This document shows, piece by piece, positions 10,182-21,359 of a DNA stretch of 64,000 nucleotides. The DNA comes from an uncultured Verrucomicrobiae bacterium (GTDB taxonomy: Bacteria > Verrucomicrobiota > Verrucomicrobiia > Chthoniobacterales > UBA10450). Positions within the stretch are counted from its first letter, which is position 1. Each line of letters opens with the position of its first letter. The stretch is from the NCBI GenBank assembly GCA_963772365.1, contig CAVYXA010000001.1, positions 736,001 through 800,000 of the forward strand. The letters are read 5' to 3'. The translations under genes and the position numbers were made by a program. Under the pieces are notes generated by a model. That model made no database searches, was not told the origin of the DNA, and saw nothing but the letters and a program-made list of their open reading frames with translations.

Positions 10182-11774
10182 TCACGCGTTCCGGGCGGAC
10201 GCAGCAGGATGGTACGACTTTATCACGAGTTCGCTCAAGAATTTATCCGGCTGATCGACAGCCGCAGCATCGAGCACAAATCGGTTCTGACCAGTATTTT
10301 TTTTCACCAAACCAAGCCCAAATTGATATTCCCTGAACAGATGTCCACAGAGTTGCTCCATCGTCATCCGCTCCGCTTGCGTGCGTTGAACCAATCTGTG
10401 CACCGCCGCATCCTCAAGCACAATCTCGATCCCATGGGCCTGCTTGAACTTTTCGGCAAACTGAAGCGCGTTTGCTTCGAGCGCTTTCGCCTCCTCCTTG
10501 TGACCTTCCGCCATCAATTGCTGCAGCACGCGCTTCGGTTCCCGAACTAGCTCGGCTGTGACCCGCAACTGGCTCAATCCCGATCCAGCCAGGTAGTATT
10601 TGTAATCGCGGAACAATTTTTCAAAAACGGTAAGCAAGCCCCGCGCTCCGGTTTTTTCCTGAGCCGCGGCTTCCGCCAGCAATCGCAGCGCTTCGTCCTC
10701 AAAACTAATGTCGATTCCATAGGCCCGAAAGGCGCGTTCGTATTGCCGGAGCAAACTGCCTTCGGAAAATTTCATGATCTCAAACAGATCATCGGCGTCG
10801 AGCTCCTCGCAGACTACACGCACCGGCAGCCGTCCGATGAATTCCGGCTCGAAACCGTATTCCACAAAATCGTGCGTCGTGACGTACTGAAATAGATCGT
10901 TGTCCATCACTTCCACAGGCGAGGCGCTGAATCCGATCTGCCCCTGGCGAACTCTGCGGCCAACCTGCTCCTTCAGTTTTTCGAACGCACCGCTAACCAC
11001 AAACAGAATGTGCCGCGTGTTGATAGTGTCGCGTTTGGCTTTGCCGCGCCGTTGAAACTCGAACGCGGCTTGGAGTTGAGCCTGGAGATCGTTCATGCTT
11101 CTGACCGGCACTTCCGTTTCTTCCATTAACTTCAACAAAGTTGTCTGAACGCCGCGCCCGCTGACATCGCGACCGATCAAATTTCCAGCTGACGCAATCT
11201 TGTCGATCTCGTCGATGTAGATAATCCCGAACTGAGCGAGGTTTACGTCGCCATCCGCTTTGTGCACCAGCTCGCGCACCAAATCCTCGACATCGCCGCC
11301 GACATAACCAGTCTCGCTAAACTTCGTCGCATCCGCTTTGACAAACGGCACTTTGATCAGATCGGCGATGTGCTTAATGAGATAGGTTTTCCCTACACCC
11401 GTCGGCCCGACCAGAATCACGTTCTGTTTGGCGTACTCGATTTCCTGCGGGCGTGCGCCGCCCTCTTTCTCGATCCGGCGCAAATAGTTCGCATGATTGT
11501 AATGATCGCAGACCGCAATTGAGAGCACCTTCTTGGCTTCATCCTGCTTGATTACGAAGCGATCGAGATGCGCCTTGATGTCGCGCGGCAGGAAATTGAA
11601 CTCGAACTCCGCGTGCTCGGTTTTCTCCGGCTTTTCGTCCTCGCCCGCCGCGGCCGGCTCGGGTTGCATAAAAGTCTGCACGGAGACGCGATCGCCGAAG
11701 TTCTGTTTCATGAACTCCGAGATCTTCGTCTTCAATTCCTCGGGCGAAGGAAACTGCGGTGGATTCTGTTCCAT
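10182..11774 (-). CDS. ClpX-like AAA+ ATPase without zinc-binding domain, with C-terminal extension
   Basis: [46 protein letters not shown] loop and TGARGL. Confidence 0.88.
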   Translation of the reverse strand: MEQNPPQFPSPEELKTKISEFMKQNFGDRVSVQTFMQPEPAAAGEDEKPEKTEHAEFEFNFLPRDIKAHLDRFVIKQDEAKKVLSIAVCDHYNHANYLRRIEKEGGARPQEIEYAKQNVILVGPTGVGKTYLIKHIADLIKVPFVKADATKFSETGYVGGDVEDLVRELVHKADGDVNLAQFGIIYIDEIDKIASAGNLIGRDVSGRGVQTTLLKLMEETEVPVRSMNDLQAQLQAAFEFQRRGKAKRDTINTRHILFVVSGAFEKLKEQVGRRVRQGQIGFSASPVEVMDNDLFQYVTTHDFVEYGFEPEFIGRLPVRVVCEELDADDLFEIMKFSEGSLLRQYERAFRAYGIDISFEDEALRLLAEAAAQEKTGARGLLTVFEKLFRDYKYYLAGSGLSQLRVTAELVREPKRVLQQLMAEGHKEEAKALEANALQFAEKFKQAHGIEIVLEDAAVHRLVQRTQAERMTMEQLCGHLFREYQFGLGLVKKNTGQNRFVLDAAAVDQPDKFLSELVIKSYHPAASARNA

Positions 11775-11906
11775 GTTAGGGCGACGCAAAGGGTCGCGCG
11801 AAAATCTACCATTGCAATGATAGCTGTAAATATGACTCTCCTTGGCCCGATTTCGTTCATCCGGAACAGGAGCGATGTCGAGTGCGCTGAAGATGTCGAT
11901 GCTAAC

Positions 11907-12797
11907 TTATCGGCGAGCGGCAAGCGCGTCCGGTTGTTTTCCGGCAAAGATCCCGTCCAGATCGCTCAATACTTTTTCCGGACCGAGATACTTTTGACCG
12001 TCGAAGCTGCTGGAAATTAATTTGCCGCTGGCTTCCACGAGGACCAATGATGGGATCCCGCTGCCCGCAGCCTTCAGCAATTCGCTTTTTTCGTCGCGCT
12101 TCCCGTAATCGAGTGCCGGCCATGGCATGTTACTCTCGCGCATGTAGTTTTCCATCTCAGTCGCTGATTTGTCGAAGCTATAAAAGACAATTTCAAACTC
12201 CGGGTGCTGCGGCGCCACGCGATTGTAGTATTCGACTAATTGCGGCGTGAAGCGGCGACAGGGCGGACACCAATGCGCCGAGAAGTAGTAGACGATATAT
12301 TTTTTCTTTCCAATCGCGTCGTCATCTGCTCGCACAAAGCTATTGTTGCTCAGGCGAACGAGTGAGCCTTTCAAATAATCGTAAGTGACATTATCGGCTT
12401 GGAATTTCAGAAGAGCTGCGGCTTTTTCCCGGGCGAGTTGATGTTGATATAGCGTGTCGAACTTGCGCGCTTCCTCGGCCAGTTCGACGCGCCGTTTGGC
12501 TTCGGCCTCGATTTTTGCTTTGGCTTGGGTCGCTTCTTCTGGAGAGACCGAGAAGCTTCCGCTCTTGATCGAACTTACCAACACTGGCGTGGCACCAGCC
12601 TTGAGCAAATCCGTTTCGGTGGCTGAATTCAGCGTATCGGCAAAACGGCGTCTGGCCAGTTCCTGGGTGACATCCTCGCTGGAATATCCCGTGCGGAGCA
12701 TCAGAGTGATGTCTTTCACGGTCAGCGGTAACAGTTTTGCCGGCCCGCTTAGGATCGACAAGAGAAGGAAAGCGAGGGCAGCCAATGAACGACGCAT
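11907..12797 (-). CDS. Secreted thioredoxin-like (nucleoredoxin/tryparedoxin-type) protein
   Basis: Signal peptide; YFSAHWCPPCRRFTP, MPWPAL and GIPSLVLV. Confidence 0.85.
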   Translation of the reverse strand: MRRSLAALAFLLLSILSGPAKLLPLTVKDITLMLRTGYSSEDVTQELARRRFADTLNSATETDLLKAGATPVLVSSIKSGSFSVSPEEATQAKAKIEAEAKRRVELAEEARKFDTLYQHQLAREKAAALLKFQADNVTYDYLKGSLVRLSNNSFVRADDDAIGKKKYIVYYFSAHWCPPCRRFTPQLVEYYNRVAPQHPEFEIVFYSFDKSATEMENYMRESNMPWPALDYGKRDEKSELLKAAGSGIPSLVLVEASGKLISSSFDGQKYLGPEKVLSDLDGIFAGKQPDALAARR

Positions 12798-13089
12798 GCT
12801 TGCTAACGAGCAGGAGATGCGCCAGAACTCCGTTTACGCTAGCGGTTAACTCAATCCGAAAGCCACGAACGCAGCCCGACCCAGCACTGAATTTTGTTCC
12901 CGCTCTGTGCCGGAGCGTCTTTTTCCGTCCGTTCCACGCGCGCTGTTTCGCCACATTTAGTGCAGGTAATCAACGAAAGCGGTTCGGCATTCTTGCGTCA
13001 AAGGCCATTCCGCAGCCGGGACAACGTTGGCTTGTCGCGCTTTCTCGAAGACATCGCGCCGAGTGTAACATTCCGCAATCGCCGCTACA

Positions 13090-14052
13090 ATGCAGGGCAC
13101 GACTGTGAACCGATTAGCTAGCGAAGGACAGAGCACAATCGAATTGGTGGTGTCGAAACAGGATGCCCGTCTTCGCCTGGATCGATTTCTCGCCAAAGAG
13201 CTGACCTCCTATTCCCGATCCCGGGTTCAGCAATTGATTCGGGCGAATTTTGTCACCGTAAATAAGAAGTCCGCGCGGCCGAGCGATCTCGTTCGCACCG
13301 GCGACCATGTCGATGTTGTCGAACCGCCGCCGGAGAAGATCGACAATAAACCGGAGCCGATTCCACTCGACGTTCTGTGCGAGGACGACGATCTCATCGT
13401 CATCAACAAGCCAGCCGGGCTGGTGGTTCATCCCGGCGCCGGCCATCGCGAACACACACTCGTCAATGCATTGCTGCATCATGTGCCCTCCCTTTCCGGA
13501 ATTGGCGGGAAAGAACGGCCAGGGATCGTCCATCGGCTCGACAAAGATACGAGCGGTTGCCTGGTCATTGCGAAGAACGACGAGATACACCGCGATCTCT
13601 CGACACAATTTGCAGCGCGCACAGTGGAGAAGATTTATCTCGCGCTTGTGGCCGGCAGGCTGAAGCCAACCGCCGGCACAATTCAGGAAAAGATCGGTCG
13701 TCACCCCGTCCATCGACAGCGAATGTCCGTCGTCTCAGCCCGCGGCCGGCCAGCAAAAACCGAATACCGCGTTATTCGGGTGAGCGACCAAGCGACTCTT
13801 GTTGAGTGCCGATTACATAGCGGCCGCACCCATCAGATTCGCGTTCACATGCATCATCTCGGCCATCCGGTTCTTGGGGACAAAATTTACGCTCCGAAAT
13901 TGGCCAAGTATTTCCCGCGCCAAATGCTGCACTCCTGGAAACTCGGCTTCCGTCATCCCCGCACCGGCGAATGCAAAATCTTCGAAGCTCCGTTGCCAGC
14001 CGATTTCGAAGACGCACTGAAACAGTTTTGGCCGGCTGCACAGACGCGTTAA
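13090..14052 (+). CDS. RluA/RluD-family pseudouridine synthase
   Basis: S4 domain, INKPAGLVVHP, IVHRLDKDTSG and GRTHQIRVH. Confidence 0.95.
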   Translation: MQGTTVNRLASEGQSTIELVVSKQDARLRLDRFLAKELTSYSRSRVQQLIRANFVTVNKKSARPSDLVRTGDHVDVVEPPPEKIDNKPEPIPLDVLCEDDDLIVINKPAGLVVHPGAGHREHTLVNALLHHVPSLSGIGGKERPGIVHRLDKDTSGCLVIAKNDEIHRDLSTQFAARTVEKIYLALVAGRLKPTAGTIQEKIGRHPVHRQRMSVVSARGRPAKTEYRVIRVSDQATLVECRLHSGRTHQIRVHMHHLGHPVLGDKIYAPKLAKYFPRQMLHSWKLGFRHPRTGECKIFEAPLPADFEDALKQFWPAAQTR

Positions 14053-14082
14053 GGGAACATCGGTTTGCAATTCACTACAGGT

Positions 14083-16657
14083 CTAAAGTGGCGCAACCCG
14101 GTCCACGTTGCCTGAAACCTCCAGTTGCTGCTGCTCTCGCATGCTTCTCCGGTTGCGGCGCACCACCCGCTGAAGACCGGCCCGGCTGGCGGCAAGATCG
14201 ACAAGCTCGGCGACGCGCGATTTCAAAGCGCGGGCACGAGTCGCCAGAAAAACAAGAAACAAGGAATACGGAATGATGAACCAAAGATCGACATGAGAAA
14301 TGTTGAGTTGCCGATAAATTAGCAGGCTCAACGCAATCATATTGAAAATGACAGTCGTTGGGACGAGACGGCTGCGCAGGCGCACGCGCGTGAGTCGTTT
14401 CACTCCGCTGTGATCTTCGGTTACTGTTTGCAAAACGACGCTCCACCAGAAATTTCCGTAGATCTGGATATCCCAATCGTTCCAACCCGTATCCGGGGAA
14501 TAGCGCCAATCCTCTTCGTTAAGCAATCGAAAGATTTCACCGAGCAGATGATGGCGATCTCTCCCTTCCTCGCTCCAAAATGCTCGGCGCATGCTCCATG
14601 CAAACTTTGCTCGGGCAGGCAGATGTTCGTGTGCTCGAATCACGTTGCGCGGTGTCCGTTTGAAATGGAGCCACGTGAAATAGCGTGACCAGCCGCGAAT
14701 GAGCGGTTGCACGAAAGCCAGGACCATGACCAGCAGTCGCGCATGAACCGTATCGAATTTCGGTTCGATGTGCGCCCGCACCATATAAGAGAGAGCCACG
14801 CAAAACGTGCCGCCTAACATCACATACGGCACGATCCGCAAACCGGGCAGAAAAATTCCCAGACCGAAAAGAAAAGCCGTCAATGCAAACCATTCGATGC
14901 TGCTCAAATAGGCAGCCACGTCCGATTGTGGCGTGCGATACATCGACTGAAAGAAACCTTCGCCAAAGATTCCGTGGTAAATGATCGGCCGGTTTAGAAA
15001 CCAGCTGAACCGCGGCTCGCCGTAAATCTGTCCCCGCCATTTTGCCGTCCCAGTTGGACCAAAGAAAATCAGATGTTTGAAACGCAGCAATGATTCCGCT
15101 TCGCCATAGCCATGCTGCTGGTTGAAAAATGCCCGCAACGTAAAACGTCGATGATGCCACACGATCGCAGCGGGACTGAATGCAATTACGCCGCCGGCTT
15201 GTTGAACGCGCCAGCAAAAATCCACGTCGTCACCGGCTTTGCGATACTCAGGATCAAATCCGCCAACGAGATCAAACGCCCATCGGTAAAAGGCCATGTT
15301 ACAGCCCGGGATATGTTCCGCGATGGTGTCCGTAAGCAGGACGTGACTTGGGCCGCCGGGCGCAGCCGCCACGCACGCCTGAATCCAGTTTTGCGCCAGC
15401 GGGGGGATATTAGGCCCGCCCACGCCGGCATAATCACCGCTGACAAGAGTGCCGATTAAATAAGCGAGCCAATCGACATCGGCCATGCAATCCGAATCGG
15501 TATAAACCAGGACCTCGCCTTTCGCCCCGGCGGCTCCGGTGTTGCGCGCGTGGCTCAACCCGTGATTTTCCTGATGAATGTAGCGGACGTTTGGAAACTG
15601 CGAGGCAACATAGGCTGTATCATCCGTCGATCCGTCATCGACCAGGATCACCTCATATTCGGGATAATTGAGTTTGCCTAACGATTCAAGACAGGCTGCC
15701 AGAGTTCGGGCACCGTTGTAGGAACAAACAATCACCGATGCAAACGGCGCGCGGGACAGCGGCGGATGCGGAGCGGCGCCGTTGGTGGCAAACTTCTCCT
15801 TGAGCGCCTGAAACGATTTCTTCGGTTTGCGTTCGCGCGTCACGATCCCGAAAGCCCAGTCGTCGATCTCGCGACCCCCCGTGAACCATTCGTCCGTCCA
15901 GGAGAAGAAAATAGTTCCGGCCAAACCGCATTTGACCACGCTATCGACATGCCAGGCCAGGATCTCGGCTTGTTCCTCCTGCGAATGACGAATGGTGTCC
16001 ATCCCGAACTCGCCCAAAATTATCGGCCGTTTCGTCGGTCAAATTTTGCAACCGCAACAAATAACGTTCGAAGTCGCGCTGATTGTGCAGATAGACGTTG
16101 AAGCAAAAGAAATCGACATTTTGCGGAAGTAGATATTCCGTCGGCGGATAGGTTGCGTAGGAAAAAAGCACGCCTGGATCGGCCTCCCGCCCAACCCGGA
16201 TTAACTTCTCCACAAATTCAGTTACTCGCCGCACACCCAACCAGCGCGCCATCGTGCTAGGAATTTCGTTGCCAACGAGGTAGCCGAAGAGGGCCGGATG
16301 GCCCGCGTTTGCTTTCACGGACGCGCGGATTGATTCGACGATCTCGTCCCTCATTTTTCTTTTGCGCAAAAACTCCAGATGCCGCGGCCATGGCAAGGTG
16401 ACCATAACGCGCATTCCAGCGGCCTGACAACGGTCGAGAAACCAGCGCGGGGGCACATGATAAACGCGAATCGTGTTGAGCCGGACATCTTGCATCAGGG
16501 CAAGGTCGACATCGACTTGCTCGGGCGATCCGAAGGTACCTCCGTCTGCTTCCGGCTTGAACGGCCCGTAAGTTGTGCCTTTGACGAAAAATTTCCTGTC
16601 GCCCTCAAAGAAGAATTTGGCGGTCGGATGAAGCCGCAACTTTCCGTTCGTTGTCAC
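14083..16657 (-). CDS. Glycoside-hydrolase-like TIM barrel fused to GT2 glycosyltransferase with C-terminal TM region (frameshift ~16020)
   Basis: FFVKGTTYGP, VGNEIP and GEFG, followed by VIVCSYNG, VDDGSTD, YTDSD, GCNMAF and GDDVD. Confidence 0.85.
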
Positions 16658-17937
16658 AAATAAGCCTTATTCAAGGCTTCGCGAACGATCTCGCCCGTTC
16701 GTTCGATAGCCTCAACCGTATGCGCTGTTGAAATAAATCCGGTCTCGAATTGAGACGGCGCAAAGTAAACGCCGGCTTGCAAAGAGGCGTGAAAATACCG
16801 GGCGAACAATTTCAAATCGCTGCCTTTCGCGCTAGCCAGATCGACAATCGGTTCCGGCGCAAAAAACAAACAGAACATGGAACCTATGCGATGAAAGGTG
16901 ATATTCATCTTCGTATCGGAAATGGCCTGACGAGCGAGTTTCTCCAATTGCGCACCACGCTCCTCCAACAATTTCCAGCCATCAATCCTTTCCAGCTCGC
17001 GCAATTGGGCCAGGCCAGCGGCCATGGCCAGCGGATTCCCGGATAATGTTCCAGCCTGATAAACCGGTCCGTCGGGCGAAAGTTGATCCATGATTTCAGC
17101 GCGTCCACCAAATGCGCCGACGGGCAATCCGCCGCCGATGATCTTTCCCAGAACCGTTAGGTCGGGTTTGATTCTGTAAAGCTCCTGCGCTCCGCCGCGG
17201 GCAACGCGAAAACCGGTAATCACTTCATCGAATATCAAGAGCGCACCATTTCTTGTGCATTCGTCGCGAAGCATCGACAAAAAGTTCTTATCGGGGAAAT
17301 AGAGACCGGCGTTGGCCGGGATCGGCTCGAGAATTACGGCGGCAATCTGATTTTGATTTTCGCGAAATGCTTTTTGAACAAGATCAATGTTGCTAAACGG
17401 CAATGAGATCGTGAGATCGGCCACAGCTTTGGGAACACCGGCACTATCCGGTTGCCCGTGAGTAAGTGCCCCGCTGCCACTTTTTACGAGGAGCGAATCG
17501 GCATGGCCATGATAGCAACCGTCGAATTTGATGATCTTATCTCGACCGGTGAAGCCGCGAGCCAGTCGCAACGCACTCATGGCCGCTTCCGTGCCGCTGT
17601 TGACCATTCTGATTTTTTCTAGCGAGGGCATCCACTTACAGATCAGTTCTGCGAGCTCGATCTCGAACGGATTAGGAATTCCAAAACTCAGGCCCCGATT
17701 GGCAGCATCGCGCACAGCGTTCACAACGACGTCCGGCGCGTGGCCGAGAATCGCCGGTCCCCAGCTGCTTACGTAATCGATGTATTTGTTTCCATCGACG
17801 TCCCAGATTTTCGAACCGGCGGCTCGCGAGATGAAAAATGGCTCGCTCTGCACGTTGCGAAAAGCACGGACGGGAGAGTTCACTCCGCCGGGAATGCGAG
17901 ATTTTGCGCGAAAAAAAAGCTCAGAAGAACGAGTCAT
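16654..17937 (-). CDS. hemL: Glutamate-1-semialdehyde 2,1-aminomutase
   Basis: PGGVNSPVRAF, NSGTEA, GCYHGH, FDEVITGFR, GKIIGGGLP and YQAGTLSGNP. Confidence 0.97.
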   Translation of the reverse strand: MTRSSELFFRAKSRIPGGVNSPVRAFRNVQSEPFFISRAAGSKIWDVDGNKYIDYVSSWGPAILGHAPDVVVNAVRDAANRGLSFGIPNPFEIELAELICKWMPSLEKIRMVNSGTEAAMSALRLARGFTGRDKIIKFDGCYHGHADSLLVKSGSGALTHGQPDSAGVPKAVADLTISLPFSNIDLVQKAFRENQNQIAAVILEPIPANAGLYFPDKNFLSMLRDECTRNGALLIFDEVITGFRVARGGAQELYRIKPDLTVLGKIIGGGLPVGAFGGRAEIMDQLSPDGPVYQAGTLSGNPLAMAAGLAQLRELERIDGWKLLEERGAQLEKLARQAISDTKMNITFHRIGSMFCLFFAPEPIVDLASAKGSDLKLFARYFHASLQAGVYFAPSQFETGFISTAHTVEAIERTGEIVREALNKAYL

Positions 17938-18028
17938 GTGTCGGCGCATGTGCCCAAGCGCCTATTTATGCGCGGCCGGCGCTTGATACAAGCACCGCTA
18001 GAGCGATATTATGCGCTTGCTCAAGAAT

Positions 18029-18103
18029 GGCGGGGTAGCCAAGTGGTAAGGTCGCGGTCTGCAAAACCGCTATTCGCGGGTTCGATTCCCGCCCCCGCCT
18101 CCA
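18029..18103 (+). tRNA. tRNA-Cys(GCA)
   Basis: GGCGGGG/CCCCGCC acceptor stem, GCGGT-CTGCAAA-ACCGC anticodon arm, GGTTCGATTCC T arm, U discriminator and encoded CCA. Confidence 0.97.
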
Positions 18104-18217
18104 ATTCCATGCGCAGGTTTTGTTACGAGCGAAGTTTTCTTTCCTCGGGCCGGTTCGATTGATTCGCTCGCAGCCCAGCGAGCTCAGTCGCCGCGGGCGA
18201 CCTTCGCAAAAGTCTCT

Positions 18218-18472
18218 TCACGGTTTCGCCGGTGTGTGAGTTGGCAGTCTTCTCCAGCGCTGCGCCAATGACCCATCCGGTGCCTCCGAAACAACAATGC
18301 TACCATCCCCAGAGTCGGATAGTTCCGCCGAACTTGGCTGTCTTGGAGAACGCGCATGTCTTACTGGCGCGGACGGAGCTGAGTGAAAAAGCGAGACGAG
18401 ATCGTAGGGCCCATAACCGAAGTAGAAAGCAACAGCTATTAGCAGCAGAATCAGCAAAACGAGGGACTTCAT
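18218..18472 (-). CDS. Small hypothetical membrane-anchored protein
   Basis: ATG start, hydrophobic N-terminus, Pro/Ser-rich tail. Confidence 0.5.
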   Translation of the reverse strand: MKSLVLLILLLIAVAFYFGYGPYDLVSLFHSAPSAPVRHARSPRQPSSAELSDSGDGSIVVSEAPDGSLAQRWRRLPTHTPAKP

Positions 18473-18597
18473 CGCGCGAAAGATTTGGAAGCAATCAGCA
18501 GGCCAGAAAAAGAGGCCCTGAACCGATGCAAAACGGATGCTGTGTCGCTACAGCTTCAGCGTTGAGAGGCGCGATTCCTGCGGTAGTGTGCGTCGGG

Positions 18598-18810
18598 ATG
18601 TTTTGGATCATTGGGTGTCTGAAATGGGCGATCGTCGGGTTCATCGTCGCGTTTGCGTTGATGAAACTGTACGAGGCCAGCCACATTTATGACGATATTC
18701 CCAAGCCGAAGTTTAAGGTCCGTCAGGCCAGACGGGCCGCGTTTGTATTGTCGATCTTCGCCGCGATGCTCTCCGCGCTGGTCTGGGTGATTGTCCAAAA
18801 GTGGGACTAG
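18598..18810 (+). CDS. Small hypothetical two-TM protein
   Basis: Two hydrophobic segments; fills the gap up to the topB stop. Confidence 0.5.
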   Translation: MFWIIGCLKWAIVGFIVAFALMKLYEASHIYDDIPKPKFKVRQARRAAFVLSIFAAMLSALVWVIVQKWD

Positions 18811-21281
18811 GCCGGAGTTGAGGCGACCTTCTTTTTCGCGCGCGGCTTTTTCGGCTCAAACTCGAATCCGACCTTTCCATTCTCCAATTTCAGATAGGCG
18901 GAGAATGGACGGCCCTTCTTGGAGATGAATTTGTGCAGCAGGTCGGTCTTGCCGGTAGCGATTAACTTCTGCGCCTGCTCTTTTGGAATCTCGCGATGCA
19001 AAATCGATTTGCCGATGCGAAAGCTGCACGTCTTGGGAGTCGCGACTGCATTTTCGCAGGCATACGCGCGGTCCAAGACATACACCTGTCCCTTCTGGCA
19101 AATCGGACACACCCCCAAGCTTTCCTGTTTTTCCTTGTCGATCTTCTGGTCGGCGCCGATTCCGTTTTCGCCGAAATCAAACTGCGGTTTCTTTTCTTCA
19201 CCCAGCCGGACGATGGCTTCGAACGCTCGCCCCAATTTGCTGCGAAAACCGCGGAGCGGGCCGACTCGGCCTTTCGCGAGCAGCTCTTCGACTTCCTCGG
19301 GCGTGAACTGGCGTGAAGCCATCGTCTTCCACATGAGCCAGTCGCAGTTTTTGCAGCGAAATGTTTTATAATCTTCCTTGATCGGACCGCCGCCACAGTT
19401 TGGACATTTTGCCTCGATCGTCGCGTATTCGCCGTGGATTTCTTCGCCACGGAAATTGCGGACCTTCTCGACGATCTCGCGAGTCAGGCCGCGGATGTCT
19501 TCCATGAAATGGTTTCGATCCAATTTGCCGTGAGCCATTTCCTGGAGCCGGAACTCCCATTCACCAGTGAGCTCCGGTGTGGAAAGAACGTCCGTACCGA
19601 GATTGCGCAGGAGAGTGATCAGTGAAAGTCCTTTAGCGCTTACGATCAGCTCCCTCCCTTGTCGTTCGAGATAACCATCGGCGAGCAGCCCCTCGATGAT
19701 TTGAGCGCGAGTAGCCGGTGTACCCAAGCCGCGCTCCCGCATCGCTTCCCGCAATTCCTCGTCTTCGACGAGTTTTCCGGCGCCCTCCATGGCCGAAAGC
19801 AGCGTGGCTTCTGTGAAACGCGCCGGAGGTTTCGTTTCGTTCTCTTTGATCTCGATCTTCAAGACGCTGGCCGATTCCCCTGATGACACTGGGACAACCG
19901 ATTGCTCGTCCTGGCCCGCGGCTTCACGGCCGTAAACCGCCAGCCAGCCAGGATCGACAACCACTTTACCCTCCGTCTTGAACGGCTCACCTTCGACGCG
20001 GGTGATCCGCGTCGTTACTTCAAACTGCGCCGGCGGATAGAAGACGGCGATAGTGCGTCGCGCGACCATGTCGAAAATCTTTTTCTCGAACTCGTCAAGG
20101 TGCGCCGGGGAAGCGCCAGTCGGGATGATCGCATGATGGTCGCTCACTTTGGCGTTGTTAAAGACACGTTTGATCGGCTTGACCCAGTTGTTCTGCATTG
20201 CCTTGCCAGCATGAGCAGCCAGTGCGGGATCCTCAAAGCTCGACATTACTGTGCGGACTTGAGCGAGATTATCTTCGGGAAGATACCGCGAATCCGTCCG
20301 AGGATACGTGAGCACCTTGTGTTTTTCGTAAAGGGACTGCGCCAGTTGCAACGTGCGCCGCGCGCTGAGGCTGAATCGACTATTGGCTTCTCGTTGCAGC
20401 GTAGTGAGATCGTAAAGCAGCGGCGACGCCTGCGTAGTCGGCTTCTTTTCTTCTGTAACAATGCCGGTTTTGCCCGCGCATTTTCGTTCAATCTCAGCGG
20501 CGCGCTCCCGCATCCAAATTCGTTCCGCCCGCGCGTCCTCGTCCTCGCCTTTCTTAAAATTTTGGTCGAACCAACGTCCTGGATAGTTCCCCGCTTCAAC
20601 TTTGAACTCTCCGTGGACCTCAAAATAAGGCCGTGGTTTGAACGACCTGATCTTCTCTTCTCGCCCTGTCAGGATCGCCAGCGTGGGCGTTTGCACTCGA
20701 CCCGCGGCAGTTTTTTGAAAGCCACCTGTGCGCGAATTAAATGAAGTTAACGCTCGCGTGGCATTGATACCGACCAGCCAATCGCTTTCCGCACGCGACA
20801 ATGCTGCATCCGCTAACGGCTGCATTTCCCCTTCGGATCGCAAATGATTAAATCCTTCGCGGATCGCCTCCGGCGTCATCGATTGCAGCCAGAGCCGGCG
20901 GGTCGGTTTTTTCGCGCCGCTCCAGCGAATAGTATTGCGGAAAATCAGTTCGCCTTCGCGGCCGGCGTCGCAGGCATTGATGATTTCCGTAATATCGGAT
21001 CGTTTGATCAGTTTCTTCAGGACCTGTAATCGGCCTTTGTTTTTCTCGATCGGCGAAAGATCGAAATGGTTCGGCAGCACCGGCAGGTTTTCCAGGTTCC
21101 ACTTTCCCCGTTTCACCTCCGCCCCTTCCGGTGGCACGATCTCAACCAAGTGCCCAACCGCCGACGAAATCACATACTGGTCGTTCTCGTAGAAGTCCTT
21201 ATCATGATGAAACTTGCCGAGGACGCGGGCGAGGTCTCGGGCCACACTCGGTTTCTCCGCGATGATGAGGGACTTGGACAT
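18807..21281 (-). CDS. topB: DNA topoisomerase III
   Basis: IAEKPSVA, ACDAGREGE, GRVQTP, TYPRTDS, GLGTPATRA and C-terminal repeats (FISKKGRPFSA). Confidence 0.95.
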   Translation of the reverse strand: MSKSLIIAEKPSVARDLARVLGKFHHDKDFYENDQYVISSAVGHLVEIVPPEGAEVKRGKWNLENLPVLPNHFDLSPIEKNKGRLQVLKKLIKRSDITEIINACDAGREGELIFRNTIRWSGAKKPTRRLWLQSMTPEAIREGFNHLRSEGEMQPLADAALSRAESDWLVGINATRALTSFNSRTGGFQKTAAGRVQTPTLAILTGREEKIRSFKPRPYFEVHGEFKVEAGNYPGRWFDQNFKKGEDEDARAERIWMRERAAEIERKCAGKTGIVTEEKKPTTQASPLLYDLTTLQREANSRFSLSARRTLQLAQSLYEKHKVLTYPRTDSRYLPEDNLAQVRTVMSSFEDPALAAHAGKAMQNNWVKPIKRVFNNAKVSDHHAIIPTGASPAHLDEFEKKIFDMVARRTIAVFYPPAQFEVTTRITRVEGEPFKTEGKVVVDPGWLAVYGREAAGQDEQSVVPVSSGESASVLKIEIKENETKPPARFTEATLLSAMEGAGKLVEDEELREAMRERGLGTPATRAQIIEGLLADGYLERQGRELIVSAKGLSLITLLRNLGTDVLSTPELTGEWEFRLQEMAHGKLDRNHFMEDIRGLTREIVEKVRNFRGEEIHGEYATIEAKCPNCGGGPIKEDYKTFRCKNCDWLMWKTMASRQFTPEEVEELLAKGRVGPLRGFRSKLGRAFEAIVRLGEEKKPQFDFGENGIGADQKIDKEKQESLGVCPICQKGQVYVLDRAYACENAVATPKTCSFRIGKSILHREIPKEQAQKLIATGKTDLLHKFISKKGRPFSAYLKLENGKVGFEFEPKKPRAKKKVASTPA

Positions 21282-21359
21282 GAGGGCTGAAATCGAAGCG
21301 CAGATTTGCGCAATTGCAAATTTCAGAAGCAAATAGCGGGCGAGCTTGTTAGGAGCCGC

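Noticed and set aside
532..16657. Frameshifts in the SIS gene, lipA, recR, the cyclase and the GH-GT2 gene (also yggS and lpxL-waaF) as pseudogenes or programmed frameshifting
   Set aside because: Scattered single-base indels in otherwise conserved core genes, some at homopolymers, are best explained as long-read consensus errors. Confirming this needs the reads.
18029..18810. Integrative element at tRNA-Cys
   Set aside because: No integrase and no repeat of the tRNA 3' end was seen.
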